A stretch of DNA of 64,000 nucleotides from Ranitomeya imitator (GCF_032444005.1 NC_091287.1:565254001-565318000); one strand, 5' to 3'. Positions 1 through 14,200 are shown, numbered from the stretch's first letter. Numbers and translations are program-made. Notes: generated from the letters alone by a model not told the origin.

Positions 1-1631
1 CGGTGGAGGCCGTATCGGAGGGTGAGGGGAGGACGGTGGAGGCTGTAGCGGTAGGTGAGGGGAGGACGGTGGAGGCTGTAGTGGAGGACGGTGAGGGGAG
101 GACGGTGGAGGCTGTAGCGGAGGGTGAGGGGAGGACGGTGGAGGCTGTAGCGGAGGACGGGGGAGGCTGTAGCGGAGGGTGAGGGGAGGACGGTGGAGGC
201 TGTAGCGGAGGACGGGGGAGGCTGTAGTGGAGGACGGTGAGGGGAGGACGGTGGAGGCTGTAGCGGAGGGTGAGGGGAGGACGGTGGAGGCTGTAGTGGA
301 GGACGGTGAGGGGAGGACGGTGGAGGCTGTAGCGGAGGACGGGGGAGGCTGTAGTGGAGGACGGTGAGGGGAGGACGGTGGAGGCTGTAGCGGAGGGTGA
401 GGGGAGGACGGTGGAGGCTGTAGCGGAGGACGGGGGAGGCTGTAGTGGAGGACGGTGAGGGGAGGACGGTGGAGGCTGTAGCGGAGGGTGAGGGGAGGAC
501 GGTGGAGGCTGTAGCGGAGGACGGGGGAGGCTGTAGTGGAGGACGGTGAGGGGAGGACGGTGGAGGCTGTAGTGGAGGACGGTGAGGGGAGGACGGTGGA
601 GGCTGTAGCGGAGGGTGAGGGGAGGACGGTGGAGGCTGTAGTGGAGGACGGTGAGGGGAGGACGGTGGAGGCTGTAGCGGAGGGTGAGGGGAGGACGGTG
701 GAGGCTGTAGCGGAGGGTGAGGGGAGGACGGTGGAGGCTGTAGTGGAGGACGGTGAGGGGAGGACGGTGGAGGCTGTAGTGGAGGACAGGGGAGGCTGTA
801 GCGGAGGGTGAGGGGAGGACGGTGGAGGCTGTAGCGGAGGACGGGGGAGGCTGTAGCGGAGGACGGGGGAGGCTGTAGTGGACGGTGAGGGGAGGACGGG
901 GGAGGCTGTAGCGGAGGACGGTGAGGGGAGGACGGTGGAGGCTGTAGTGGAGGACGGTGAGGGGAGGACGGTGGAGGCTGTAGTGGAGGACAGGGGAGGC
1001 TGTAGCGGAGGACGGGGGAGGCTGTAGCGGAGGACGGTGAGGGGAGGACGGTGGAGGCTGTAGTGGAGGACGGTGAGGGGAGGACGGTGGAGGCTGTAGT
1101 GGAGGACAGGGGAGGCTGTAGCGGAGGACGGGGGAGGCTGTAGCGGAGGGTGAGGGGAGGACGGTGGAGGCTGTAGTGGAGGACGGTGAGGGGAGGACGG
1201 TGGAGGCTGTAGTGGAGGACAGGGGAGGCTGTAGCGGAGGACGGGGGAGGCTGTAGCGGAGGGTGAGGGGAGGACGGTGGAGGCTGTAGTGGAGGACGGT
1301 GAGGGGAGGACGGTGGAGGCTGTAGTGGAGGACGGTGAGGGGAGGACGGTGGAGGCTGTAGTGGAGGACAGGGGAGGCTGTAGCGGAGGACGGGGGAGGC
1401 TGTAGCGGAGGGTGAGGGGAGGACGGTGGAGGCTGTAGCGGAGGACGGGGGAGGCTGTAGTGGAGGACGGTGAGGGGAGGACGGTGGAGGCTGTAGCGGT
1501 AGGTGAGGGGAGGACGGTGGAGGCTGTAGTGGAGGACGGGGGAGGCTGTAGTGGAGGACGGGGGAGGCTGTAGTGGAGGACGGTGAGGGGAGGACGGTGG
1601 AGGCTGTAGCGGAGGACGGTGGAGGCTGTAG
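1..1631 (+). repeat. G-rich composite minisatellite (modules ggaggacggt / ggaggctgtag / gagg), runs off the window start
   Basis: Direct reading; strongly purine/G-skewed. Confidence 0.95.
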
Positions 1632-1744
1632 AGGGGATATATACAGCACACAGATATATACACTGACACTATGGAGTCCTCTGGCTTCCACTCTCTCTCT
1701 GCTCCTCCATCTCACCCATTACTCTTCCCGTCTGCCGGTCGGCT

Positions 1745-2085
1745 CCTCTGCCGGTTCTCTTCCTGTTAGTCCCCGCCCCTCCAGCTCCTCTGCCGGTTGG
1801 CTCCTCCTCTGTTAGTCCCCGCCCCTCCAGCGCCTCTGCCGGTTGGCTCCTCCTCTGTTAGTCCCCGCCCCCCAGCGCCTCTGCCGGTTGGCTCCTCCCT
1901 CCGGGCGGGCTTACCAGTTTCACTTCCGGTGTCTCCTCGGCTCCGCCCCCGGACGGACTGCAGTAGTACCAGTGTCCACCAGCAGAGGCAGTCGGGGTCA
2001 CGGCCGCTGTATTTCCGCTGGCGGTCAGCAGAGGGCGCAGCAGCACCAGGAAGTCAGTAGTCGGAGCGGCCCCCGGCCGGGAGAC
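1745..2085. promoter_or_regulatory. CpG-rich TATA-less promoter / 5'UTR, possibly bidirectional
   Basis: Three ~46-bp repeats each with a GC box (CCCCGCCC), ETS motif cacttccggt at 1921, high CpG; minus-strand donor CTG|GTAAGC at 1915/1914. Confidence 0.65.
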
Positions 2086-2283
2086 ATGGCGTGCGGGGGT
2101 CCCGTCCCCTCACAGCCGCTGCCCACAGTGCTGTTGTCGGCCCGAGCGTGGCTGGAGGAAGCGGGGAGCGGCCGGGACGCGGTGCATCTGCAGCTGAGCG
2201 TGGAGCCGGAGAGAGCCGGTGATTTCCGTCTGTCTGTGCGGAGGAGCCAAGCGGCGGCGGCGGCCCAGGGCCCGGCAGGAGCG
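2086..2283 (+). CDS. RBCK1: Exon 1 coding part, SHARPIN-like PH domain N-half (MACGG...VLLSARA...[15 protein letters not shown])
   Basis: gacATGG start in a CpG-rich region; resembles the SHARPIN LQLSADPERPGRFRL motif; donor GCG|GTGAGA, phase 0. Confidence 0.85.
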
Positions 2284-5200
2284 GTGAGAGGAGACCGGAG
2301 CTCCGCGGTGACGGCCGCAGCGGAGCCCCCACATATAACTGCACGTGACGCACAACTTCCCAGCAGCCCCTCTGTCCCTCCTCCTGGCAGCGCGAGGTCG
2401 GCTGTGTGCGCACCTGGCGGATTATTTCCTGCGGTGATTTAGGCTGTGTGCCCACGGTGCAGAAATGTCCGTAATGTGCGTTTCCGCAACTCACTGGTGC
2501 GGGTGAAACGCATGCGGAATTCTCGTGCGTTTTCCCGCAGAACTCGAGCGGTTTTATCTTGCAGAATGCGTGCGCTTTCCTCGTAGTGCGTGAGAAGTGC
2601 GACGCAGCCTCAATAGTAAAAGATGGAATGCGACAAATAATAAAATATCCGGTTATTCTCACCTTCCGACGGCCCCCGGACTCCTCCCGCTACCTTCCGT
2701 TCCCAGGATGCTTTGCGCCAAGGACCTTTGTGACGTCACGTGATTGCGACGTCATCCCAGGTGACTCACACAATGCATCCTGGGAACGGGAGCCGCCGCC
2801 GTGTGCACCGCTGAGAGGCGGGGGGGGGCTCCAGGGGCCGTCGGAAGGTGAGAATCGCTAGTTTTTATTTTAAGTCTTTATTTACAGGAATATTGTAGAA
2901 GAGTCTCCACCAGACCCGGGCACCATCGCTGTACACATGGGGGGCACCGGACCCGGGCGCCATCGCTGTACACATGGGGGGCACCGGACCCGGGCGCCAT
3001 CGCTGTACACATGGGGGGCACCGGACCCGGGCGCCATCGCTGTACACATGGGGGGCACCGGACCCGGGCGCCATCGCTGTACACATGGGGGGCACCGGAC
3101 CCGGGCACCATCGCTGTACACATGGGGGGCACCGGACCCGGGCGCCATCGCTGTACACATGGGGGGCACCGGACCCGGGCGCCATCGCTGTACACATGGG
3201 GGGCACCGGACCCGGGCACCATCGCTGTACACATGGGGGGCACCGGACCCGGGCGCCATCGCTGTACACATGGGGGGCACCAGACCCGGGCGCCATCGCT
3301 GTACACATGGGGGTACCGGACCCGGGCGCCATCGCTGTACACATGGGGAGCACCAGACCCGGGCGCCATCGCTGTACACATGGGGGTACCGGACCCGGGC
3401 ACCATCGCTGTACACATGGGGGGCACCAGACCTGGGCGCCATCGCTGTACACATGGGGGTACCGGACCCGGGCACCATCGCTGTACACATGGGGGGTACC
3501 GGACCCGGGCACTATCGCTGTACACATGGGGGGCACCGGACCCGGGCGCCATCGCTGTACACATGGGGGTACCGGACCCGGGCACCATCGCTGTACACAT
3601 GGGGGGCACCGGACCCGGGCGCCATCGCTGTACACATGGGGGGTACCGGACCCGGGCACCATCGCTGTACACATGGGGGGCACCAGACCCGGGCGCCATC
3701 GCTGTATACATGGGGGGCACCAGACCCGGGCGCCATCGCTGTACACATGGGGAGCACCAGACCCGGGCGCCATCGCTGTACACATGGGGGGCACCAGACC
3801 TGGGCGCCATCGCTGTACACATGGGGGGCACCGGACCCGGGCACCATCGCTGTACACATGGGGGGCACCAGACCCGGGCGCCATCGCTGTACACATGGGG
3901 GTACCGGACCCGGGCACCATCGCTGTACACATGGGGGGCACCGGACCCGGGCGCCATCGCTGTACACATGGGGGGCACCGGACCCGGGCGCCATCGCTGT
4001 ACACATGGGGGGCACCGGACCCGGGCGCCATCTCTGTACACATGGGGGGCACCAGACCCGGGCACCATCGCTGTACACATGGGGGGCACCGGACCCGGGC
4101 GCCATCGCTGTCCACATGGGGGGCACCGGACCCGGGCGCCATCGCTGTACACATGGGGGGCACCGGACCCGGGCGCCATCGCTGTACACATGGGGGGCAC
4201 CAGACCCGGGCACCATCGCTGTACACATGGGGGGCACATACGTAACGTGAGCGATTCACTGCAATCCTGTGTGTGCAGAATCTTTTTTTATGCGTTTCCG
4301 CTGCGGCAAAAACACTGCAGAACGGCATAAAAACGCGATGTGGGCACGCGGCCTTACAGCACAATGTAAATCAGGGAGGGAAAGAAGTGCCGTGCTAGTG
4401 GTGCCGAAAAATCCGCACGGATTCAAAAAAGGAGCATGTCCATTCTTCTTGTAGATCTGCAGCGTTTCTTCACCTATTGACGTCAATTGATACAGTCAAA
4501 TCTGCAGCAAAACCGCATTATCTGAGGTTTTGCTGCAGTGTTGGGTGCGAGAAATTCTGCAGATTGGGAGGGGGAAGAGTGTGTGTGCGGAGCCTGTGTG
4601 TGGGGGGATGCGCGGGGGTGTGTGTGTGCGGGTCTGCATGTAGGCAGGCATCGTCCCATGGGACTACTCAGAGGGGTATCTAGGGTTTCTGGCACACGTG
4701 GCAAGAATTTATTTTGGCGCGAGGACATATGCGATTTGCACACTGTCATGTACCCACGAGCTCCTCTCCCTAATGCTCTCAGTGATCAGTGAAAAACAGA
4801 GAAGCAGAAGAGAAGCTCGATGTCACAGGACCATAAGTATGGAAATCGCATATGAGTGACGTGTCCATGTGACGACTACTGGAACCTGCAGAGCTGAATC
4901 CTGACATCGCAGCTTCTGAATTCTCACAACGCATGCACTGCACACTACTAGGATTCTCCCTGGCCGGTGGACGGTCATGTCAGCACAAGTATGTGATTTG
5001 TATACTTCTGGCCACATTCTGACTAGATGTGCCCGGCCTCGCTCAGTTCATTTTCATTGAGTGAGGCCACACATGTCTAGTCAGCACGTGTCCGCACGTA
5101 TGTAAATCGCCAGCACGAGAGAATCCTGACAGCGTGCAGTGCGCACTGTGAGAAGTCAGAAGTCTGCAGTCACAAAGAATGACTGCAGACTCATCACAAG

Positions 5201-8200
5201 CCTGGACATCCCCTTTAATGCTCCTAACATAAATAAAAACATGAGTTAGTCAGGATCACACATAACATTTACATCCAGGAACCGTATAGATGACGTCGTC
5301 TCTGGAGCCGATCTCCTTCTTTCCTTCATCTTGTCCAGACCCCATGATGAGTTTTCTCATCCACAGCCGCCTCTGCAGACTTCCATCTTCTCCGCTCTTT
5401 TGCAGAAAATCTCCACATGACGCCCTTAACCCCTTTACCCCCAAGGGTGGTTTGCACGTTAATGACCGGGCCAATTTTTACAATTCTGACCACTGTCCCT
5501 TTATGAGGTTATAACTCTAAAACGCTTCAACGGATCCCGGTGATTCTGAAATTGTTTTCTCGTGACATATTGTACTTCATGATAGTGGTAAAATTTCTTT
5601 GATAGTACCTGCGTTTATTTGTGAAAAAAACGGAAATTTGGCGAAAATTTTGAAAATTTCGCAATTTTCAAACTTTGAATTTTTATGCAATTAAATCACA
5701 GAGATGTGTCACACAAAATAGTTAATAAGTAACATTTCCCACATGTCTTCTTTACATCAGCACAATTTTGGAACCAAAATTTTTTTTTGTTAGGGAGTTA
5801 TAAGGGTTAAAAGTTGACCAGCAATTTCTCATTTTTAGAACACCATTTTTTTTTAGGGACCACGTTTCATTTGAAGTCATTTTGAGGGGTCTATATGATA
5901 TAAAATGCCCAAGTGGGACACCATTCTAAAAACTGCACCCCTCAAGGTGCTCAAAACCACATTCAAGAAGTTTATTAACCCTTCAGGTGTTTAATAGGAA
6001 TTTTTGGAATGTTTAATGTTTAAATAAAAATGAACATTTAACTTTTTTACACAAAAAATTTACTTCAGCTCCAATTTGTTTTATTTTACCAAGGGTAACA
6101 GGAGAAAATGGACCCCAAAGGTTGTTGTCCAATTTGTCCTGAGTACGCTGATACCCCATATGTGGCAGTAAACCACTGTTTGGGCGCATGGGAGAGCTCG
6201 GAAGGGAAGGAGCGCCGTTTGACTTTTCAATGCAAAATTGACAGGAATTGAGATGGGACGCCATGTTGCGTTTGGAGAGCCACTGATGTGCCTAAACATT
6301 GAAACCCCCCACAAGTGACACCATTTTGGAAAGTAGACCCCCTAAGGAACTTATCTAGAGGTGTGGTGAGCACTTTGACCCACCAAGGGCTTCACAGAAG
6401 TTTATAATGCAGAGCCATAAAAATAAAACAAAATTTTTTTCCCACAAAAATTTTTTAGCCCCCAGTTTTGTATTTTTCCCTAGGGTAACAGGAGAAATTG
6501 GACCCCAAAAGTTGTTGTCCAATTTGTCCTGAGTACGCTGATACCCCATATGTGGGGGGGGGGAACCACCGTTTGGGCGCATGGGAGGGCTCGGAAGGGA
6601 AGGAGCGCCATTTGGAATGCAGACTTAGATGGAATGGTCTGCAGGCGTCACATTGCGTTTGCAGAGCCCCTAATGTACCTAAACAGTAGAAACCCCCCAC
6701 AAGTGACACCATTTTGGAAAGTAGACCCCCTAAGGAACTCATCTTGATGTGTTGTGAGAGCTTTGAACTCCCAAGTATTTCACTACAGTTTATAACGCAG
6801 AGCCGTGCAAATAAAAAATATTTTTTTTTCCACAAAAATTATATTTTAGCCCCCAGTTTTGTATTTTTCCAAGGTTAGCAGGAGAAATTGGACCCTAAAT
6901 GTTGTTGTCCAATTTGTCCTGAGTACGCTGATACCCGATATGTGGGGGGGAACCACCGTTTGGGCGCATGGGAGGGCTCGGAAGGGAAGGAGCATCATTT
7001 GGAATGCAGACTTAGATGGATTGGTCTGCAGGCGTCACATTGCGTTTGCAGAGCCCCTAATGTACCTAAACAGTAGAAACCCCCCACAAGTGACCCCATA
7101 TTGGAAACTAGACCCCTCAATGAACTTATCTAGATGTGTTGTGAGAACTTTGAACCCCCAAGTGTTTCACTACAGTTTATAACGCAGAGCCGTGAAAATA
7201 AAAAATCTTTTTGTTTTCCCACAAAAATTGTTTTTTAGCCCCCAGTTTTGTATTTTCCCAAGGGTAACAGGAGAAATTGGACCCCAAAAGTTGTTGTCCT
7301 ATATGTCCTGAGTACGCTGATACCCCATATGTTGGGGTAAACCCCTGTTTGGGCACACGGGAGAGCTCGGAAGGGAAGGTGCACTGTTTTACTTTTTCAA
7401 CGCAGAATTGGCTGGAATTGAGATCGGACGCCATGTCGCGTTTGGAGAGCCCCTGATGTGCCGAAACAGTGGAAACCCCCCAATTATAACTGAAACCCTA
7501 ATCTAAATACACCCCTAACCCTAATTCCAACGGTAACCCTAACCACACCTCTAACCCTGACACACCCCTAACCCTAATCCCAACTGTAAATGTAATCTAA
7601 ACCCTAACCGTAACTTTAGCCCCAACCCTAACCCTAACTTTAGCCCCAACCCTAGCCCTAGCCCTAACCCTAGCCCTAACCGTAACCCTAGCCCTAATGG
7701 GAAAATGGAAATAAATAAAAAAAATTTTATTTTTCCCTAACTAAGGGGGTGATGAAGGGGGTTTTGATTTACTTTTATAGCGAGTTTTTTAGCGGATTTT
7801 TATGATTGGCAGCCGTCACACACTGAAAGACCCTTTTTATTGCAAAAAATATTTTTTGCGTTACCACATTTTGAGAGCTATAATTTTTCCATATTTTGGT
7901 CCACAGAGTCATGTGAGGTCTTGTTTTTTGCGGGACGAGTTGACGTTTTTATTGAAAACATTTTCGGGCACGTGACATTTTTTGATCGCTTTTTATTCCG
8001 ATTTTTATGAGGAAGAATTACCAAAAACCAGCTATTCATGAATTTCTATTGGGGGAGGCGTTTATACCGTTCCGCGTTTGGTAAAATTGATAAAGCAGTT
8101 TTATTCTTCGGGTCAGTACGATTACAGCGACATCTCATTTATATCATTTTTTTATGTTTTGGCGCTTTTATACGATAAAAACTATTTTACAGAAAAAATA

Positions 8201-11200
8201 ATTATTTTTGCATCGCTTTATTCTCAGGACTATAACTTTTTTATTTTTTTGCTGATGATGCTGTGTGGCGGCTCGTTTTTTGCGGGACAATATGACGTTT
8301 TCAGCGGTACCATGGTTATTTATATCTGTCCTTTTGATCGCGTGTTATTCCACTTTTTGTTCAGCGGCATGATAATAAAGCGTTTTTTGCCTCTTTTTTT
8401 TTTTCTCTTACGGTGCTTACTGAAGGGGTTAACTAGTGGGCCAGTTTTATAGGTCGGGTCGTTACGGACGCGGCGATACTAAATATGTGCACTTTTATTG
8501 TTTTTTTTTTTTTATTATTTAGATGAAGAAATGTATTTATGGGAATAATATATTTTTTTTTTTTCATTATTTTGGAATATTTTTTTTTATTTTTTTTTTT
8601 TACACATTTGGAAATTTTTTTTTTTTACTTTTTTACTTTGTCCCAAGTGGGGACAATACAGATCACTGATCTGACAGTTTGCACAGCACTCTGTCAGATC
8701 ACTGATCTGACATGCAGCGCTGCAGCCTTCACAGTGCCTGCTCTGAGCAGGCTCTGTGAAGCCACCTCCCTCCCTGCAGGACCCGGATCCGCGGCCATTT
8801 TGGATCCGGGGCTCGAGCAGGGAGGGAGGTGAGGAGACCCTCGCAGCAACGCGATCACATCGCGTTGCTGCGGGGGGCTCAGGGAAGCCCGCAGGGAGCC
8901 CCCTCCCTGCGCGGTGCTTCCCTGCACCGCCGGCACATCGCGATCATGTTTGATCGCGGTGTGCCAGGGGTTAATGTGCCGGGGGCGGTCCGTGACCGCT
9001 CCTGGCACATAGTGCCGGATGTCAGCTGCGATAAGCAGCTGACACCCGGCCGCGCTCCCCCCGTGAGCGCTGCCGATCGCGCTGGACGTACTATCCCGTC
9101 CAGGGTCAGATAAGCCCAGGGCACCTCGACGGGATAGTACGTCTAAGGTCACAGAGGGGTTAAAGATAGAAGTGTCGTTATAATGCTCCGGAATAAAAAA
9201 TTGCCCCTCACTATATTGTCTGCACAAAATATGACCCCCACACTGTCCCTCTTATGGTACATGCTTTTCACACTGACCTCTCCTTTCCATACCGGCCCCC
9301 TCTTCACACTGTCCTCTCACACTGTGTCCCCCTATAGGGCCCAGTATTTATACTGTACTCTCTCATCACACTCCCCCCCCCTCCTTGGTATACTGTCCCC
9401 TCCTGGTTGTGCCCTTACACTGTCCCCCCATGCTACGCCCCCACTACTTAGTTCTATTCTGTGCCCACTCACTTTTCTCCCCCCATACTGTCTCCTCACA
9501 CTATTCCCCTCCCTCCTCATACTGTCTCCTCTCACATCCCCCTGTTTACCATACTGTTCCTCATATATTTACCCCTTCACTTTCTATACTGCCTGCTCAC
9601 CTGACTCCCCATACTGAGTCTGCACACCTCCCATCACCCTCACTCCCCGTACTGTCACATACATTTTTCACATTGCTCCTCATACTGTGTCCGCATACAT
9701 TTCCCCGTTCGCTCCCCATACTGTCTGCACCCATCCCCCATATTGTTTCCTCTTATATGCTCCCCATTCCCCCATACTGTTTCCTCAAACATGCCCCCCA
9801 TTCCCCGATACTGTTTCCTCATACATGCCCCCAATTCCCCAATACTGTTTCCTCAAACATGCCCCCCATTCCCCCATACTGTTTCCTCATACATGCTCCC
9901 CATTCCCCTGTACTGTTTCCTCATACATGCCCCCCATTCCCCCGTACTGTTTCTTCATACATGCCCCCCATTCCCCTGTACTGTTTCCTCATACATGCCC
10001 CCATTCCCCTGTACTGTTTCCTCATACATGCCCCCCATCTCCCCTTTTGCTCTTCATTTTGTGTCCTCAAATCTCCCCCACACATTAAATCCCCCATCCC
10101 CAATCCAAATCTCACCCAACACAAAATAAATTCCCCCATCCCCAAATTCTCCCCACACATAATAAATCCCCATATCCCCACTCAAATGGCCACACACCTA
10201 TTATTGTCCTCTATCCCACCCTGTCATTGCTCTCTCCACCACCTCCATCATTGCCTTCTCCGTCACGCCCATAATTGCCCATTTCACCACCTCCAGCATT
10301 TCCTCCCCCAATCCCATCCTTGCCCATTCCACCCCTTCCATCATTTCCTCCTCCCCCACCATCCCTATCCTTGCCCATTCCACCCCTTCCATCATTTCCT
10401 CCTCCCCCACCATCCCCATCCTTGCCCATTCCACCCCTTCCATCATTTCCTCCTCCCCCATCCTTGCCCATCCCACCACTTCCATTATTTCCTCCTCCCC
10501 CACCACCCCCATTTTTGCCCATTCCACCACTTCCATCATTTCCTCCTCCACCACCATCCCCATCCTTGCCCTCTCCCCGTCAGCCTCATCATTGCCCTAT
10601 CCTCACCCACCATCCCCATCCTTGCCCTCTCCTCACCCTACACATACACCATTTCCTTCTCTGCACATACCCCTGCCGGCCGCAGCCACCCCTGCCGGCC
10701 GCAGCCACCCCTGCCGGCCGCAGCCACCCCTGCCGGCCGCAGCCACCCCTGCCGGCCGCAGCCACCCCTGCCGGCCGCAGCCACCCCTGCCGGCCGCAGC
10801 CACCCCTGCCGGCCGCAGCCACCCCTGCCGGCCGCAGCCACCCCTGCCGGCCGCAGCCACCCCTGCCGGCCGCAGCCACCCCTGCCGGCCGCAGCCACCC
10901 CTGCCGGCCGCAGCCAGCCCTGCCGGCCGCAGCCAGCCCTGCCGGCCGCAGCCACCCCTGCCGGCCGCAGCCACCCCTGCCGGCCGCAGCCACCCCTGCC
11001 GGCCGCAGCCACCCCTGCCGGCCGCAGCCACCCCTGCCGGCCGCAGCCACCCCTGCCGGCCGCAGCCACCCCTGCCGGCCGCAGCCACCCCTGCCGGCCG
11101 CAGCCACCCCTGCCGGCCGCAGCCACCCCTGCCGGCCGCAGCCACCCCTGCCGGCCGCAGCCACCCCTGCCGGCCGCAGCCACCCCTGCCGGCCGCAGCC

Positions 11201-14200
11201 ACCCCTGCCGGCCGCAGCCACCCCTGCCGGCCGCAGCCACCCCTGCCGGCCGCAGCCACCCCTGCCGGCCGCAGCCACCCCTGCCGGCCGCAGCCACCCC
11301 TGCCGGCCGCAGCCACCCCTGCCGGCCGCAGCCACCCCTGCCGGCCGCAGCCACCCCTGCCGGCCGCAGCCACCCCTGCCGGCCGCAGCCACCCCTGCCG
11401 GCCGCAGCCACCCCTGCCGGCCGCAGCCACCCCTGCCGGCCGCAGCCACCCCTGCCGGCCGCAGCCACCCCTGCCGGCCGCAGCCACCCCTGCCGGCCGC
11501 AGCCACCCCTGCCGGCCGCAGCCACCCCTGCCGGCCGCAGCCACCCCTGCCGGCCGCAGCCACCCCTGCCGGCCGCAGCCACCCCTGCCGGCCGCAGCCA
11601 CCCCTGCCGGCCGCAGCCACCCCTGCCGGCCGCAGCCACCCCTGCCGGCCGCAGCCACCCCTGCCGGCCGCAGCCACCCCTGCCGGCCGCAGCCACCCCT
11701 GCCGGGGCCTCCCTCCATCTCCGCACGTTGGGAGCTGGCGCTCTGCAGCTTCTCCGTGCCGGCTGTCAGCTTGACAGTCGGCACAGAGATCAGCTGACTC
11801 CCAGACCGGGGGCTGCAGAATGCAGCCACCGGTGGAGACACTACGGACCGCCACATTATGCGGCCCGGCTGCGCCCGGGGCACATGCCCCGGCTGCCCCC
11901 CTAGATACGCCACTGAGACTCCTAGTCCCATCCGGCTATGACTGCTACAGTGACAGGTAGCGAGATGATGGGACAGTATAGTCCCATCATCCGGCTACTG
12001 TGTTCAAGTGTAAAAAAAATAACAACTCCCTCTATTTTAATAGCCAGTAAAGGCTAAATATACAGCTGTGGGCTGAGATTCATAGCCTGGGAAGAGTCAT
12101 GGGTATTACCCCCTTCCCAGGCTACAAATATCTGCCCACAGTCACTGGCTTTCCCACTCTGGACTTGAAAATTGCGCGGGAGCCCACGTCCATTTTATTT
12201 ATTTTTTTTAAATTAAACATTGCGTTTAAGGCCGGGGTCACAATTGCGAGAAACTCGCACGAGTCTCGCACCCCAATACTCAGCACTGTCGCCGGCACTC
12301 GGACCGGAGTGTGCGGCTGCGTGTATTTCTCTATAGCTGAACGCTCCGGTCCCAGTGTCTGGTAGAGAGGTGCAAGACTCGTGCGATTTTTCTCGCAAGT
12401 GTGACCCCGGCCTAACGCTGGTTTTGTGTGTTTATCTCTTTATGCACCATTTTATCAGCGACGGGCACAGTCCGGAAGAAAATGGCTGCTCCTTCCTCCC
12501 CGCAGTCACTGCCCGGCGCCCGCTCCATACTCCTCTCCAGTCACCGCTCACATAGGGTTAATGCCGGCGGTAACGGACCGCGTTATGCCGCGGGTAACTC
12601 ACTCCGTTACCGCCACTATTAACCCTGTGTGTCCCCAACTTTTTACTATTGATGCTGCCTATGCGGCATCAATAGTAAAAAATGTAATGTTAAAAATAAT
12701 TTTAAAAAAACCCAAAAAACCTGCTATTCTCACCCTCCGTAGTCCGCCGAGCCGGCCGCCATCTTCCGTTCCTGGCGATGCATTACGAAATTACCCAGAA
12801 GACTTGGCGGTCTCGCGAGACCACTAAGTCATCTGGGTAATTTCGCAATGCATCCTGGGAGCGGAAGATGGCGGCAGCCGCGCGCTACAAGGGGCCCTCG
12901 GATCGGAAGGTATGTTTTATTTTTTAACCTGTGACATGCGTGGGCTGTGCTGTATACCGCGTGGGCTGTGCTGTATACCGCGTGGGCTGTGCTGTATACC
13001 GCGTGGGCTGTGCTGTATACCGCGTGGGCTGTGCTGTATACCGCGTGGGCTGTGCTGTATACCGCGTGGGCTGTGCTGTATACCGCGTGGGCTGTGCTGT
13101 ATACCGCGTGGGCTGTGCTGTATACCGCGTGGGCTGTGCTGTATACCGCGTGGGCTGTGCTGTATACCGCGTGGGCTGTGCTGTATACCGCGTGGGCTGT
13201 GCTGTATACCGCGTGGGCTGTGCTGTATACCGCGTGGGCTGTGCTGTATACCGCGTGGGCTGTGCTGTATACCGCGTGGGCTGTGCTGTATTCCGCGTGG
13301 GCTGTGCTGTATACCGCGTGGGCTGTGCTGTATACCGCGTGGGCTGTGCTGTATACCGCGTGGGCTGTGCTGTATACCGCGTGGGCTGTGCTGTATACCG
13401 CGTGGGCTGTGCTGTATACCGCGTGGGCTGTGCTGTATACCGCGTGGGCTGTGCTGTATACCGCGTGGGCTGTGCTGTATACCGCGTGGGCTGTGCTGTA
13501 TACCGCGTGGGCTGTGCTGTATACCGCGTGGGCTGTGCTGTATACCGCGTGGGCTGTGCTGTATACCGCGTGGGCTGTGCTGTATACCGCGTGGGCTGTG
13601 CTGTATACCGCGTGGGCTGTGCTGTATACCGCGTGGGCTGTGCTGTATACCGCGTGGGCTGTGCTGTATACCGCGTGGGCTGTGCTGTATACCGCGTGGG
13701 CTGTGCTGTATACCGCGTGGGCTGTGCTGTATACCGCGTGGGCTGTGCTGTATACCGCGTGGGCTGTGCTGTATACCGCGTGGGCTGTGCTGTATACCGC
13801 GTGGGCTGTGCTGTATACCGCGTGGGCTGTGCTGTATACCGCGTGGGCTGTGCTGTATACCGCGTGGGCTGTGCTGTATACCGCGTGGGCTGTGCTGTAT
13901 ACCGCGTGGGCTGTGCTGTATACCGCGTGGGCTGTGCTGTATACCGCGTGGGCTGTGCTGTATACCGCGTGGGCTGTGCTGTATACCGCGTGGGCTGTGC
14001 TGTATACCGCGTGGGCTGTGCTGTATACCGCGTGGGCTGTGCTGTATACCGCGTGGGCTGTGCTGTATACCGCGTGGGCTGTGCTGTATACCGCGTGGGC
14101 TGTGCTGTATACCGCGTGGGCTGTGCTGTATACCGCGTGGGCTGTGCTGTATACCGCGTGGGCTGTGCTGTATACCGCGTGGGCATGCATATTCTAGAAT

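Noticed and set aside
2865-4364. Six overlapping 200-500 aa ORFs
   Set aside because: Translations of the 37-bp array; open on both strands, no domain.
7470-7700. True telomere or chromosome fusion site
   Set aside because: Short, degenerate, single orientation and at the same internal position in two copies of one transposon family.
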